64,000 nt of DNA from an uncultured Methanomassiliicoccus sp. (lineage in GTDB: Archaea > Thermoplasmatota > Thermoplasmata > Methanomassiliicoccales > UBA472), in assembly GCA_964585915.1 (NCBI GenBank), contig CAZPFU010000001.1, forward strand, positions 119,515 to 183,514, read 5' to 3'. A program made the position numbers and the translations under genes. Shown here one piece after another: positions 45,751 to 54,982 of the stretch. Every line of letters begins with the position of its first letter. Position 1 is the stretch's first letter. The notes under the pieces were generated by a model, which was given only the letters and a program-made list of their open reading frames with translations, was not told the DNA's origin and made no database searches.

Positions 45751-46575
45751 TCACATCCGCCCTTCGAACACTAGCGCCGCCGGACCGCGCATGGTCACCA
45801 TGGAGAGGTCCTGGGATACCTTGATCCACAGGCTCCCACCGGGAAGGCGCACCTGCACCTCTTCTCCGAACGGGACCTTGCCCAGCAGTCCGGCCGCCAC
45901 CGCCGTCGCGCAGGCGCCGGTCCCGCAGGCCATGGTCCATCCGGCCCCTCTCTCATATACCCTCACTTCCAATATCCCATTTACCGATTTAACGAATTCT
46001 ACGTTGGTCCGGCGGGGGAAGAGGGGATGGGCATGGACCGCTGGCCCCAAACGCTCGACCTCCTGGTCACTGAGCTCATCGAATATCATCAGGTGGGGGT
46101 TGCCCATGGAGACCGCGGTGCCGTGCAGCACCTTGCCTTCCACCTCGATCGGTTGATCGATGAACCTTCCCTGGCCTATGACCGGGACCTCCTTGCGTTC
46201 CAGACGGGGGGCGCCCATCTCCACGGTGGCCGCCACCGCCTTGCCCTCGTCGATGTCCAACCTGATGTTCATGATCCCGGCCAGGGTCTCGATGGTCATC
46301 CTGTCCTCTTTTTTATGACCAAAGTCGTATACGTGCTTGGCCAGGCACCTGATGCCGTTGCCGCACATCTCCGCCTCCGAGCCGTCGGAGTTCATGACCC
46401 GCATGGTGAAGTCGGCCTTGGTGCTGTTCTCCAGATAGAGTATCCCGTCGGCGCCGACACCGAAGCGGCGGTGGCAGACGGAACGAACGTGATCGGGGTC
46501 CTTGGACACGCTTCCGTCGAAGTTCTCCACCAGCACGAAATCGTTGCCCAGCCCGTGGTATTTCCAGAACCTCAT
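45751..46575 (-). CDS. dapF: Diaminopimelate epimerase
   Basis: YHGLGNDFVLV plus the two catalytic Cys motifs MCGNGIRC and ACGTGACA. The ATG at 46575 overlaps the lysA stop (ATGA). Confidence 0.9.
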   Translation of the reverse strand: MRFWKYHGLGNDFVLVENFDGSVSKDPDHVRSVCHRRFGVGADGILYLENSTKADFTMRVMNSDGSEAEMCGNGIRCLAKHVYDFGHKKEDRMTIETLAGIMNIRLDIDEGKAVAATVEMGAPRLERKEVPVIGQGRFIDQPIEVEGKVLHGTAVSMGNPHLMIFDELSDQEVERLGPAVHAHPLFPRRTNVEFVKSVNGILEVRVYERGAGWTMACGTGACATAVAAGLLGKVPFGEEVQVRLPGGSLWIKVSQDLSMVTMRGPAALVFEGRM

Positions 46576-47828
46576 CGGCTCAGCCTCGACGGTATCTTCT
46601 GGTGCCGGAACAGGTCCTTGATATCCTCCCTCTCCCGGATCAGGAAGGATTTTCGGTCGGCCACAAGCACCTCCGCGCAGCGCGGCCTGGTGTTGTAGTT
46701 GGAGGACATAGAGAAGCCGTAAGCCCCGACGTCGTAGACGCACAGCAGATCGCCTACGTCAACCTTCGGCAGGTAGCGCTCCTTGGCCAGGTAATCCCCG
46801 GTCTCGCACAGCGGTCCGGCCACGTCGTACTTGATCTGGGCCTGATGCCCGAATTTATTCGCCACTGCCACGTGGTGATACGAATCGTAGAACGCCGGGC
46901 GGATCAGGGTGTTGAAACCGGCGTCCACCAGCAGATACTCCTTGACCGGCGTGGACTTCACGTCGTTCACCCTGGTCAGCAGAACGGTGGTGTCGGCCAC
47001 GATATACCTTCCCGGCTCTATCACCAACTGCTTCACGCCGCTGCCCTGCAGCTTACCAGCCACCTCGGCGGCGATGGCGCCGAGGTCCGCCCTGAGCTCC
47101 TCCGGCCGATAGGGTATGCTTATCCCGCCGCCGATGTCCAGGAACTCCAGGTCCAAGCCCAGCTCGGCCCGCACCCTCTCGAATATGCCGACCAGCACCT
47201 CGGTCACTCGGCCGAAAACAGTGGGATCGCTGCCCCCGGAGCCGGTATGGGCGTGCAGTCCTCTCGGGGAGAAGCCCAACCTTACCGCCTCCGCGAAGGC
47301 CTGGACGATCTCCTCCTTGGGTATGCCGAACTTTGCCCCCTTGGTCCCGGTGACCACCTTCTGGGAGTGCCCGGAGCCCACGTCCGGGTTCACCCGCAGA
47401 GAGATGGGATGAACGTTGCTGATGGCCGCCAGGCGCCTCAGCTGGCCCACGGAGTCCACGTTGATGGGGACCTTCCTCTCCACCAGCATGCGCATCTCCT
47501 CGTCCGGGACGCTCACGCCGGTGTACAGGATGCGGTCGGGCGAGAACCCGGCCCTCAGGCAGGACTCGACCTCGCCGATGGAGACCGCGTCGATGCAGGA
47601 GCCTTCCTGCTCCAATACGCGCAGCAACGCCAGATTGGTGTTGGCCTTACAGGCGTAATTGATCCGGGTCGGGAAAACGGCGTTGAACGCCTCGTTTATC
47701 GCGCGGTAGTTCTCGCGAAGGGCGTTCTCGTCGGTGACCATGACCGGGGTCCCGAACCGCTGGGCGAGCTTGGCGGCCGAGACGCCGCCGATGAGCATGT
47801 TATCTTTACGCTTCTGGAATTCTCTCAT
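46572..47828 (-). CDS. lysA: Diaminopimelate decarboxylase
   Basis: Fold-III PLP decarboxylase blocks YACKAN, HTGSG, DIGGG, GPLCETGD. Confidence 0.9.
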   Translation of the reverse strand: MREFQKRKDNMLIGGVSAAKLAQRFGTPVMVTDENALRENYRAINEAFNAVFPTRINYACKANTNLALLRVLEQEGSCIDAVSIGEVESCLRAGFSPDRILYTGVSVPDEEMRMLVERKVPINVDSVGQLRRLAAISNVHPISLRVNPDVGSGHSQKVVTGTKGAKFGIPKEEIVQAFAEAVRLGFSPRGLHAHTGSGGSDPTVFGRVTEVLVGIFERVRAELGLDLEFLDIGGGISIPYRPEELRADLGAIAAEVAGKLQGSGVKQLVIEPGRYIVADTTVLLTRVNDVKSTPVKEYLLVDAGFNTLIRPAFYDSYHHVAVANKFGHQAQIKYDVAGPLCETGDYLAKERYLPKVDVGDLLCVYDVGAYGFSMSSNYNTRPRCAEVLVADRKSFLIREREDIKDLFRHQKIPSRLSR

Positions 47829-49184
47829 TCAAGCACCTATGTAGAGTTCATGAAGTCTTCTTACCACGTCCACGGCCTTGGAGCCGCCGACCATGAAATT
47901 GAGCGCGATGTCCGAGGCGCCCTCGGATATGAGTTCCACGTTGGCCCCCACGTCCGCCACCGCCGCGAATATCTTTGCGGACACGCCACAGCTCTCTAGC
48001 ATTCCGTCCCCGACCGCGCAGATCAGGGCGGCGTCCTCCTTTATCTTTATGGCCTCCACCTGGTCCCGGAAGCTCTTGAGCCTCGCGCAGGCTTCCTGCA
48101 CCGATCCGGTGGGCACGACCACCGCCAGGGTGGAGAGGGAGGTGGATACGGCGTAGATGGTCGTCCCGTCCGCGCTGATGGCCTCCAATATCCTGGCCAC
48201 CAGCTCCGGCTGGTAGACCAGTTCGGAGGAGTATATCTTGACAATGCTCAACCCGGTCTTCAAGGCCACGCTCCTCAGCAGGTCCTGGCTGTTACGGTTC
48301 AGCCCATGGATGCGCGTACCTGGTCCGGAAGGGTTGAAGGTGTTCTTGACCAGCACCGCAACGCCTTTGCGCTTGGCCGGCTCGATGGTCCGGGGGTGCA
48401 GCACCTTCGCGCCAAAATACGCCAGCTCGGCCGCCTCGCCGTAGTCCATCTCGGCGATGGTGCGGGCGCCTTTGACCACCCGGGGATCGGCGGACATGAA
48501 ACCGTCCACGTCGGTCCATATCTCCACCACGTCGGCGTCCACCCCGTGGCCGACCACGGCGGCGGAGTAATCGGAACCGCCCCTTCCGAAGGTCAGCGGG
48601 CGCCCCCTTCCGTCAGCGCCGTAATAGCCAGTTATGATGGGCACCTTGCCCTCGTTAAGCAGCGGGGCCAGGGTCCTGCGCAGGTTCGATTCGGTCGCGG
48701 TAAGCACGGCGCTGCCGTTCCCCGGAGGCCCGGCGGCCACGATGCCCACCTCCTCGGAGGTGAGCGCCAGGGAGCCGGTCCCCCGGGCGCGCAGGATGTA
48801 CGATAATGTCAGCGAGGAGAGACGCTCGCCCCAGCTGGCCAGGGCGTCCTGGTACATGATACGGTCCTCGTCCTGGCGGAACAGATGGATGAGATGCCCC
48901 AGCCCGGAGAGCCTATACTCCAACTGCTCCAAGTACTCCGGCATGAGCTCCGGGGAGATGTTACCGTGGGCGGCGTCCAGATGCTTCTGTCTCAGCCAGT
49001 TGAGGTATTCGGGCACCTCCCTCGAGCTGTCGCCCATCATATCCAGCAGCGAATTGGTGACCCCGGACATGGCCGAGACCACCACCGCCCTCTGGCAATC
49101 ATAGGACATGATGATGTCGGCGGTGCGGGACATGGCCTCGCCGGAGCCTACGCTGGTGCCCCCGAACTTCATGACCTTCCTCAT
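47829..49184 (-). CDS. lysC: Aspartate kinase (with C-terminal ACT domains)
   Basis: VMKFGGTSVG, GRGGSDYSA, and an ACT-like C-terminus. The ATG at 49184 overlaps the dapB stop. Its stop abuts the lysA start. Confidence 0.9.
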   Translation of the reverse strand: MRKVMKFGGTSVGSGEAMSRTADIIMSYDCQRAVVVSAMSGVTNSLLDMMGDSSREVPEYLNWLRQKHLDAAHGNISPELMPEYLEQLEYRLSGLGHLIHLFRQDEDRIMYQDALASWGERLSSLTLSYILRARGTGSLALTSEEVGIVAAGPPGNGSAVLTATESNLRRTLAPLLNEGKVPIITGYYGADGRGRPLTFGRGGSDYSAAVVGHGVDADVVEIWTDVDGFMSADPRVVKGARTIAEMDYGEAAELAYFGAKVLHPRTIEPAKRKGVAVLVKNTFNPSGPGTRIHGLNRNSQDLLRSVALKTGLSIVKIYSSELVYQPELVARILEAISADGTTIYAVSTSLSTLAVVVPTGSVQEACARLKSFRDQVEAIKIKEDAALICAVGDGMLESCGVSAKIFAAVADVGANVELISEGASDIALNFMVGGSKAVDVVRRLHELYIGA

Positions 49185-49960
49185 ATCCCGAGCACCTCGT
49201 CCATCCCATGGACCCTGCCGTCCCGCAAGGGAGCGACCCAACGTACGGCGGCTATGCAGCCCTCGGCGAAGGCCATCCGTGAATGCGCCCTGTGCGTCAG
49301 CTCTATCCGCTCCCGGTTCCCGGCGAAGATGACCGTGTGCTCGCCGACGATGTCCCCGGCGCGGACGGCGTGAATGCCGATCTCCCTTCCCCGGGCGCCG
49401 ACCATGCCCTCCCTTCCGTTGACGATGCGGTCCACGCCAGTTTCGGCGGATATAAGTTGGGCGGCCTTCACCGCCGTCCCGGAGGGGGCGTCCTTCTTCT
49501 TGTCGTGATGCATCTCGATGATCTCCACCTCGTACTCAGGAAGCGCCCTGGCCAGGGTCTGGCAGGCCTTCCAGAACACGTTCACCCCGATGGAGAAGTT
49601 CGGCGTCACCAGGGCGGACGAGCCGCTGCGCCCGACCATCTCCCCTATGCGAGCTATGGTCTCCGGCGAGAGTCCGGTGGTCCCGACCACCACGTTGGTC
49701 CCCGCTCGCAAGGCCACCGGCAGGTTCTTTTCCACCGCCGCGGCGTTGGTGACGTCCACCAGCACCGTGCTGCGCCTGCACGCTTCCTCCAGACCGTCCG
49801 GTCCGACCGAGATCACGCCCGGGTACAGTTCGGTGCCGGCCTTGCCGCCTTCCGCGGATACTATGGCGCCTACCAAACGCATGTCCTTCTGCTCCCGGAT
49901 GAGGGAGCACACCATGGAGCCCAGCTTGCCCGTGGCTCCGGCTACCGTTACGTCTATCAT
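49181..49960 (-). CDS. dapB: 4-hydroxy-tetrahydrodipicolinate reductase
   Basis: VAGATGKLG and EMHHDKKKDAPSGTA signatures. Confidence 0.9.
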   Translation of the reverse strand: MIDVTVAGATGKLGSMVCSLIREQKDMRLVGAIVSAEGGKAGTELYPGVISVGPDGLEEACRRSTVLVDVTNAAAVEKNLPVALRAGTNVVVGTTGLSPETIARIGEMVGRSGSSALVTPNFSIGVNVFWKACQTLARALPEYEVEIIEMHHDKKKDAPSGTAVKAAQLISAETGVDRIVNGREGMVGARGREIGIHAVRAGDIVGEHTVIFAGNRERIELTHRAHSRMAFAEGCIAAVRWVAPLRDGRVHGMDEVLGI

Positions 49961-49981
49961 GTCTGGGAGCCTCCTTGACGC

Positions 49982-50854
49982 TCAGAGCAGCTTCATGTCC
50001 GCCAGCGTCTTCCTCAGAACCTCCGCGGTGGCCGGTTCCATGTCGCACAGGGGCAGCCGGAACACGCCGGACGGCCTCTTGAGCATGCGCATGGCCGTCT
50101 TAACCGGGATAGGGTTGGTGTCCAGGAACAGGTCGTTGAACAACGGGAGCATCTGGAAGTGCAGCGAACGCGCTTTCTCCCACTCGCCGTCCAAAGCGGC
50201 ATGGGTCATCTGGACCATCATTTCCGGTACGACGTTCGAGGTCACCGAGATGACGCCCTTGGCGCCCAAGGCCATCATCGGGTACGTCAACAGGTCGTCC
50301 CCGGACAGCACGCTGAAGCTGGGCGGCACGCCGGCCAGGATGGCGTTGATCTGGGTCATGTTGCCGCTTGCTTCCTTTACCGCCACGATGTTGGGGACCT
50401 CGGAGAGGCGCTTTATCGTTCCGGCGGCTATGTTGGAGCCGGTGCGTGATGGTACATTGTACACTACGATCGGAATGTCCACCGCCTTGGCGATGGCCTC
50501 GTAGTGACGGAAGATGCCCTTCTGGTTGGGCTTGTTGTAGTACGGGGAGATGAGCAGCACTCCATCCACGCCGAGGTCCTTGGCCCCTTTCGACAGGTGT
50601 ATGGCCTCATGGGTGGCGTTGCTTCCCGCCCCGGCGATGACCTTGGCCCTCTTGGCCTCCTCCCTCACAATGCCGATGACCTTGATATGCTCCTTATGCG
50701 AAAGGGTGGCGGATTCCCCGGTGGTACCACAGGGTACTATGGCGTCCACGCCGGCCTTCTCCTGCAAGCGCACCAGTTCCCTCAGTCCCTCCTCGTCTAT
50801 CTCCCCGTCCTCGCGGAACGGGGTGATGATCGCGGTGGCGCATCCCTTGAACAT
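49982..50854 (-). CDS. dapA: 4-hydroxy-tetrahydrodipicolinate synthase
   Basis: GTTGESATLS, YNVPSRTG, and VAVKEASG (Schiff-base Lys). The ATG at 50854 lies 1 nt after the lrp stop. The ORF track offers a TTG at 50869. Confidence 0.9.
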   Translation of the reverse strand: MFKGCATAIITPFREDGEIDEEGLRELVRLQEKAGVDAIVPCGTTGESATLSHKEHIKVIGIVREEAKRAKVIAGAGSNATHEAIHLSKGAKDLGVDGVLLISPYYNKPNQKGIFRHYEAIAKAVDIPIVVYNVPSRTGSNIAAGTIKRLSEVPNIVAVKEASGNMTQINAILAGVPPSFSVLSGDDLLTYPMMALGAKGVISVTSNVVPEMMVQMTHAALDGEWEKARSLHFQMLPLFNDLFLDTNPIPVKTAMRMLKRPSGVFRLPLCDMEPATAEVLRKTLADMKLL

Positions 50855-50855
50855 C

Positions 50856-51278
50856 TCAATCAGCTCCAAAATGCTCTTTGAGGATCAGCCGCGTTCTTGT
50901 CGACTCCACGTTGTCGTAGCGGCGGATCCGCTCGATTATCTCGTTCAGCTGCGGGGAGGAGGTGACGTCTATGATGGCCACTATGTCCTCCTCGCCGGTG
51001 ACCTCGTAGACCTCCGACACGCCCTCGAAGCTGGCGATCTGGTCGGCGATCTCGGAGGTGTTGACGTTCACATCGATCTTGACCTCCACCAGTGCCTTCA
51101 CGTTCTTACTGCTGGTCTTGATGGTGAAGGCCTGGATGACGCCTTCCTCGAACAGCTTCTTGACCCTGGACCGAATGGTGCCCTCGGAGACCTCCAGCTC
51201 GTTGGCTATCTCCACGAAGGGCCGCCGGGAGTCCTTCTTCAATATCTCGATTATCTTGTCGTCTAGGTGATCGATCAT
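50856..51278 (-). CDS. Lrp/AsnC-family transcriptional regulator
   Basis: N-terminal HTH (LDDKIIEILKKDSRRPFVEIANELEVSEGTIRSRV) plus a RAM/AsnC_trans_reg C-domain. AGGAGGA SD upstream. Confidence 0.85.
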   Translation of the reverse strand: MIDHLDDKIIEILKKDSRRPFVEIANELEVSEGTIRSRVKKLFEEGVIQAFTIKTSSKNVKALVEVKIDVNVNTSEIADQIASFEGVSEVYEVTGEEDIVAIIDVTSSPQLNEIIERIRRYDNVESTRTRLILKEHFGAD

Positions 51279-51399
51279 CTCTGCATCCTCCTAGTGTTTT
51301 TTTCTAATTTCGTATTCGAATCTCAGTAAATAGTAAAATATTATTAATATATTCCTAGAAAGCGCGTAAATAATGATTAGATACGCGTGAAAAACCTGC

Positions 51400-51840
51400 T
51401 TACCTGACCTTTTGCAGGAAGGTCAACCACCTCTTCTCGTCCGATACCTTGGTCATCAGTTCCCTGGCCTTGACGTTCCTGTCCTCCAGCTTGAGGTCGC
51501 GCAGTTCGTCCACCGCCCTCAGGAGACCGAGCGCCTCATGCATCACCCGGTAGGCCGTCTCCCTTTCCATGGGTTGCAGGCGAAGGTCCTTCTCCAGGGA
51601 CCGGGCCTTGGATTCCAGCGCTCTTGCCAGCTCGTGGGCGCTGAGCACCGTGTCCTCGCTCGGCTGCTGCTCGGTGATGAAGCGGAACACCACGTCCCTC
51701 AGCGGCACCTTCCTCCCGTCCAGCTCCTCGGTGTCCGGAACGTTCTCGCCTACCCAGAACAGCAGCGAATGGATCCGGGAGAGGATCTTCTTCCTTTCCT
51801 GGGGCGTCAGGCAGTCCTTCGCGCATCCGTACTCGGTCAT
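51400..51840 (-). CDS. Hypothetical protein (146 aa, predicted helical)
   Basis: Coding-like codon usage. Its start overlaps the stop of the upstream MGMT/EndoV gene (ATGA). No catalytic motif recognised. Confidence 0.55.
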   Translation of the reverse strand: MTEYGCAKDCLTPQERKKILSRIHSLLFWVGENVPDTEELDGRKVPLRDVVFRFITEQQPSEDTVLSAHELARALESKARSLEKDLRLQPMERETAYRVMHEALGLLRAVDELRDLKLEDRNVKARELMTKVSDEKRWLTFLQKVR

Positions 51841-52781
51841 ATCGCGAACCTCCTCTCCTTAGTCGCCAGGTTGTGGGCCAAGGCCATGGGGTCCGCGGGC
51901 AGGGAGGCCAAGACGCGGCAAACGGAATCCAGGCTGGCCTTGTGCCCGACCGAGGCGAAGTAGGTGCGCCGGTCGCAGGTCCGGACCAGCCTACCGGCCT
52001 CTTCGCCGTCCAGTATCAGCGAGTCGCCCTTCATCGCCCCGGCGAGTATGGTCTTGGCCACCCCCGCTGCCGCCACCTGATGCACCACTCCGAACTGGCA
52101 GGCCACCCCGGCTCGGCGGGGATGAGCCCTGCCGTGCCCGTCGATCAGGTACAAGGTGTCCTCGCCTGGTTCACCCATGACGGACGTGTAAGGCCTCATC
52201 TCCCGGAAGCCGAGATAGCCGGGCACGTAAGGGAAGTTCACCACGCAGCTGGCGGTGCGTTCCCCGACCACCTTGCCATCGCGGTCCACCACCACCATGG
52301 CGGCGAACGCCTGGTCCCCGCGGTAGGATACGTCCAGCGCGGCCAACCGCTCGAACTTTCTGGCGTCCCCTTCCTGCGATACAGAGGAAGCGATCTCCCT
52401 CTGGGCTTCGGCCATCCGCCTGAGCAACGGATCGCCAGAAAAATCGGTGAAGACGGCCGACCCCGGGTCCTTGACCCTGCCGTCCAATATCTCCACGCCC
52501 TCCGAGCGAAGCATCTCCCTCTTCCTTTCCGCGCCCCGGCCCGATCCGGTGTACCATCCGGTGCGCCCGTCGGAATATATGACCCGGTGGCAGGGGACCG
52601 GGAACGGCCTTTCGCGGTCGGCGGACATGATCTGCCCGACCGTTCTTGACGCGGAGACGTCGCCGAGGGCTTTGGCGATGGCCCCGTAGGTGCTGACCTT
52701 TCCCCTGGGGATCTGAGCGGCCAGCTTGAACGCTTCAAGATAGAGGTCGTGGTCCTTCAGATGGAACTCCCGGTCGATCAT
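51837..52781 (-). CDS. Fusion protein: O6-alkylguanine-DNA alkyltransferase (MGMT DNA-binding/active-site domain) + endonuclease V
   Basis: N-terminal half: IPRGKVSTYGAIAKALG...PVPCHRV (PCHR active site). C-terminal half: LAALDVSY, FPYVPGYLGFRE, LIDGHGRAHPRRAGVACQFG, GVAK (EndoV catalytic D/E/D blocks). Confidence 0.85.
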   Translation of the reverse strand: MIDREFHLKDHDLYLEAFKLAAQIPRGKVSTYGAIAKALGDVSASRTVGQIMSADRERPFPVPCHRVIYSDGRTGWYTGSGRGAERKREMLRSEGVEILDGRVKDPGSAVFTDFSGDPLLRRMAEAQREIASSVSQEGDARKFERLAALDVSYRGDQAFAAMVVVDRDGKVVGERTASCVVNFPYVPGYLGFREMRPYTSVMGEPGEDTLYLIDGHGRAHPRRAGVACQFGVVHQVAAAGVAKTILAGAMKGDSLILDGEEAGRLVRTCDRRTYFASVGHKASLDSVCRVLASLPADPMALAHNLATKERRFAI

Positions 52782-53284
52782 TGCCGGTCCGGCTCACCGT
52801 AACGGTCCCAGCTGAACAGCTCCTCGGCCTTCTTGCGGCCCCGGGGGGCGGGCGTCTCGTCGGGATAGCCCAGGACCATGCAGACGGTCACTGTGCGATC
52901 GGCCGGCAGTCCGACGTACTCGGCCATCAGGGCCTGGTCGAAGGCTCCGATCCAACAGGTGCCCAGCCCCTCCTCCGCCGCCGCCAGGGTGATGTGGTCG
53001 AAGGCGATGGTCAGATCCACCTTGGCCCACTTCTGCTGCGGGTCGTCCACGCCTATCAAGAAGGCGGAGCAGTCCCCCACGAACGCCTGGTCCTTGCATA
53101 TCGGGACCAGGTCCTTCAGCCTCTGGCGGTCGGTGATGACCACGATGTGCCAGGGCTGCCGGTTGGCTCCGGAAGGAGCGGTGCGGGCCATCTCCAGAAT
53201 ATGGTCCAGCAGTTCCGGCGGCAGTTCCTTTCGCTTGAACTTCCTGATGCTTCTCCGAGCCTTGATCGCGCCTGTGACGTCCAT
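52778..53284 (-). CDS. Nitroreductase-family flavoprotein
   Basis: IKARRSIRKF, APSGANRQPW, and the GLGTCWIG pattern. Its stop overlaps the next gene start (ATGA). Confidence 0.85.
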   Translation of the reverse strand: MDVTGAIKARRSIRKFKRKELPPELLDHILEMARTAPSGANRQPWHIVVITDRQRLKDLVPICKDQAFVGDCSAFLIGVDDPQQKWAKVDLTIAFDHITLAAAEEGLGTCWIGAFDQALMAEYVGLPADRTVTVCMVLGYPDETPAPRGRKKAEELFSWDRYGEPDRQ

Positions 53285-53339
53285 TCTAGCCCCGCCTCTA
53301 CGTTTATGTTATGGAGCCGGAAAGGCATATTTTTTCTGG

Positions 53340-54884
53340 TCAGCTCTCCTCGGCCTTCCTCAGGTCCCGGAGCCAAACCACGGACTGGGGGAAGGGTATC
53401 TCGATGCCGTTGCTGTCGAACCGGCGGAGCAGCTCTGCCCGATAGTCGGAGGCGGCCTTGAACTGCAGGTCCAGGTCCTTGACCCACAGGAAGGCGGTGA
53501 AGTTGAGCGAGGAATCGGCGAAATCGGTGAAGCGGATCACCGGCAGGTGGTCCGGGTCGTCCATTATCTCCGGGATGGCATGGGCGGCCTCGGTCATCAG
53601 ACGCATCACTATGTCCACGTCGCTTCCGTAAGCCACGCCTACTCCAACGGCGATCTTCAGCCGGCGGTCCGGCAGCACCATGTTGATGATCTTCTTGTTG
53701 GCGATGTCATTGTTCGGAACGACCACCATCTCGTTGGTGAAGGTGTTGTAGAGGTCGGTGGCGCGCATCCCTATGTGCCGCACCTCGCAGATGTCCCCGT
53801 TGTCCAGACGCAGAAGGTCCCCGATCTTGAAGGGACGGTCGAACATCATCTGCATCCCGGCGAAGAAGTTGGCCAGGGTGGCCTGGGCCGCATAACCTAT
53901 GACGATGCCCATGAACCCCAGCCCCGCCAGTATGACCGTGAGATTGTAACCGAACAGCCCGAGTATCACCGCCAGGGCGATGATGGGTATGACGATCATG
54001 CCCAGCTTCTCCAGTATCGGGACCAGCACATCGTCCACCTCGGAGTCGGTCTTGGCGGCCAGCTTGTGCCCGTAGTACACGATCACCCCGGCATAGATCT
54101 TGTAGGACAACCAGGCCATGGCCAATATGAACGCCACGCTGTAAGCGAGCTCGAGGTCGGCGATCAGGGTGCGGTCGAGGTTCATGATCTCCAAGGAGTT
54201 CACAGCCCCGAAGAGCACCATCAGCAGCAGGACCGGCCCGCGGATGATCCTGAGTATTATGTCATCCAGCTCGGTGGCCGTCTTGGAGGTCAGGCGGTGA
54301 AGTATCGGATCGGCCACCAGGATGACGAAGAGGGCGATGAGCGCCCAGATGCCCACGCTTACCACGAAGGCTCCGACGTTCCCGTCCAGGGGCCAGGGAA
54401 GTTCGTTGTTCCATATCCCCAATATCTTGTTGTCCCCGGCGCTCTCTCCGAACACCGGGACGACGTTGAGCTGCACGGTCCCATTGACGAAGAAGGTGTT
54501 GTTCAGCTCGTTCATCTGGGTGATGTCGAAGCGTACCTCGAAAACGATGGTGGACGAGGACATCTCCCGGAGCGTGGTCACGGTCATGATTATCGATTCC
54601 GATTCCCCGGGATTGAGCGTCAGATAGCTCTGGTCGAAGCCCACCGAGAACTCCCTGTTGCCTGGCGGATCGGAGGAGGGGGTGATGACGTAAGGGACGC
54701 TGTCGTTGTTGTAGAGGATCCACTCGAAACTGGCGGGTGTGCCGGCCTCGGTGGTCAGCTCACTGTCCCTGACGATGAAGGCATTGACCGGGTCGGCAGA
54801 TACGGCTGGAGCGAGCGCTGAGCTGAAGACAATCAGACCGAGCAGAAGCAGCCCGGCGAGGTGGAGAGCCGTCCGTGACCTCAT
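53340..54884 (-). CDS. MscS-family mechanosensitive channel with a large N-terminal extracytoplasmic domain
   Basis: Signal peptide, about 170-aa N-glycosylation-sequon-rich domain, TM bundle, then the MscS beta-domain FKIGDLLRLDNGDICEVRHIGMRATDLYNTFTNEMVVVPNNDIANKKIINM. Confidence 0.85.
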   Translation of the reverse strand: MRSRTALHLAGLLLLGLIVFSSALAPAVSADPVNAFIVRDSELTTEAGTPASFEWILYNNDSVPYVITPSSDPPGNREFSVGFDQSYLTLNPGESESIIMTVTTLREMSSSTIVFEVRFDITQMNELNNTFFVNGTVQLNVVPVFGESAGDNKILGIWNNELPWPLDGNVGAFVVSVGIWALIALFVILVADPILHRLTSKTATELDDIILRIIRGPVLLLMVLFGAVNSLEIMNLDRTLIADLELAYSVAFILAMAWLSYKIYAGVIVYYGHKLAAKTDSEVDDVLVPILEKLGMIVIPIIALAVILGLFGYNLTVILAGLGFMGIVIGYAAQATLANFFAGMQMMFDRPFKIGDLLRLDNGDICEVRHIGMRATDLYNTFTNEMVVVPNNDIANKKIINMVLPDRRLKIAVGVGVAYGSDVDIVMRLMTEAAHAIPEIMDDPDHLPVIRFTDFADSSLNFTAFLWVKDLDLQFKAASDYRAELLRRFDSNGIEIPFPQSVVWLRDLRKAEES

Positions 54885-54982
54885 CGTACTTTCCCTGGCG
54901 GGCGTTAAACTTACCGCCTATTTAGGATTTCTCGCCCTCGCCGGTGGCAAACCATTAATCGTAGTTCGTCCCATGACCGGCC

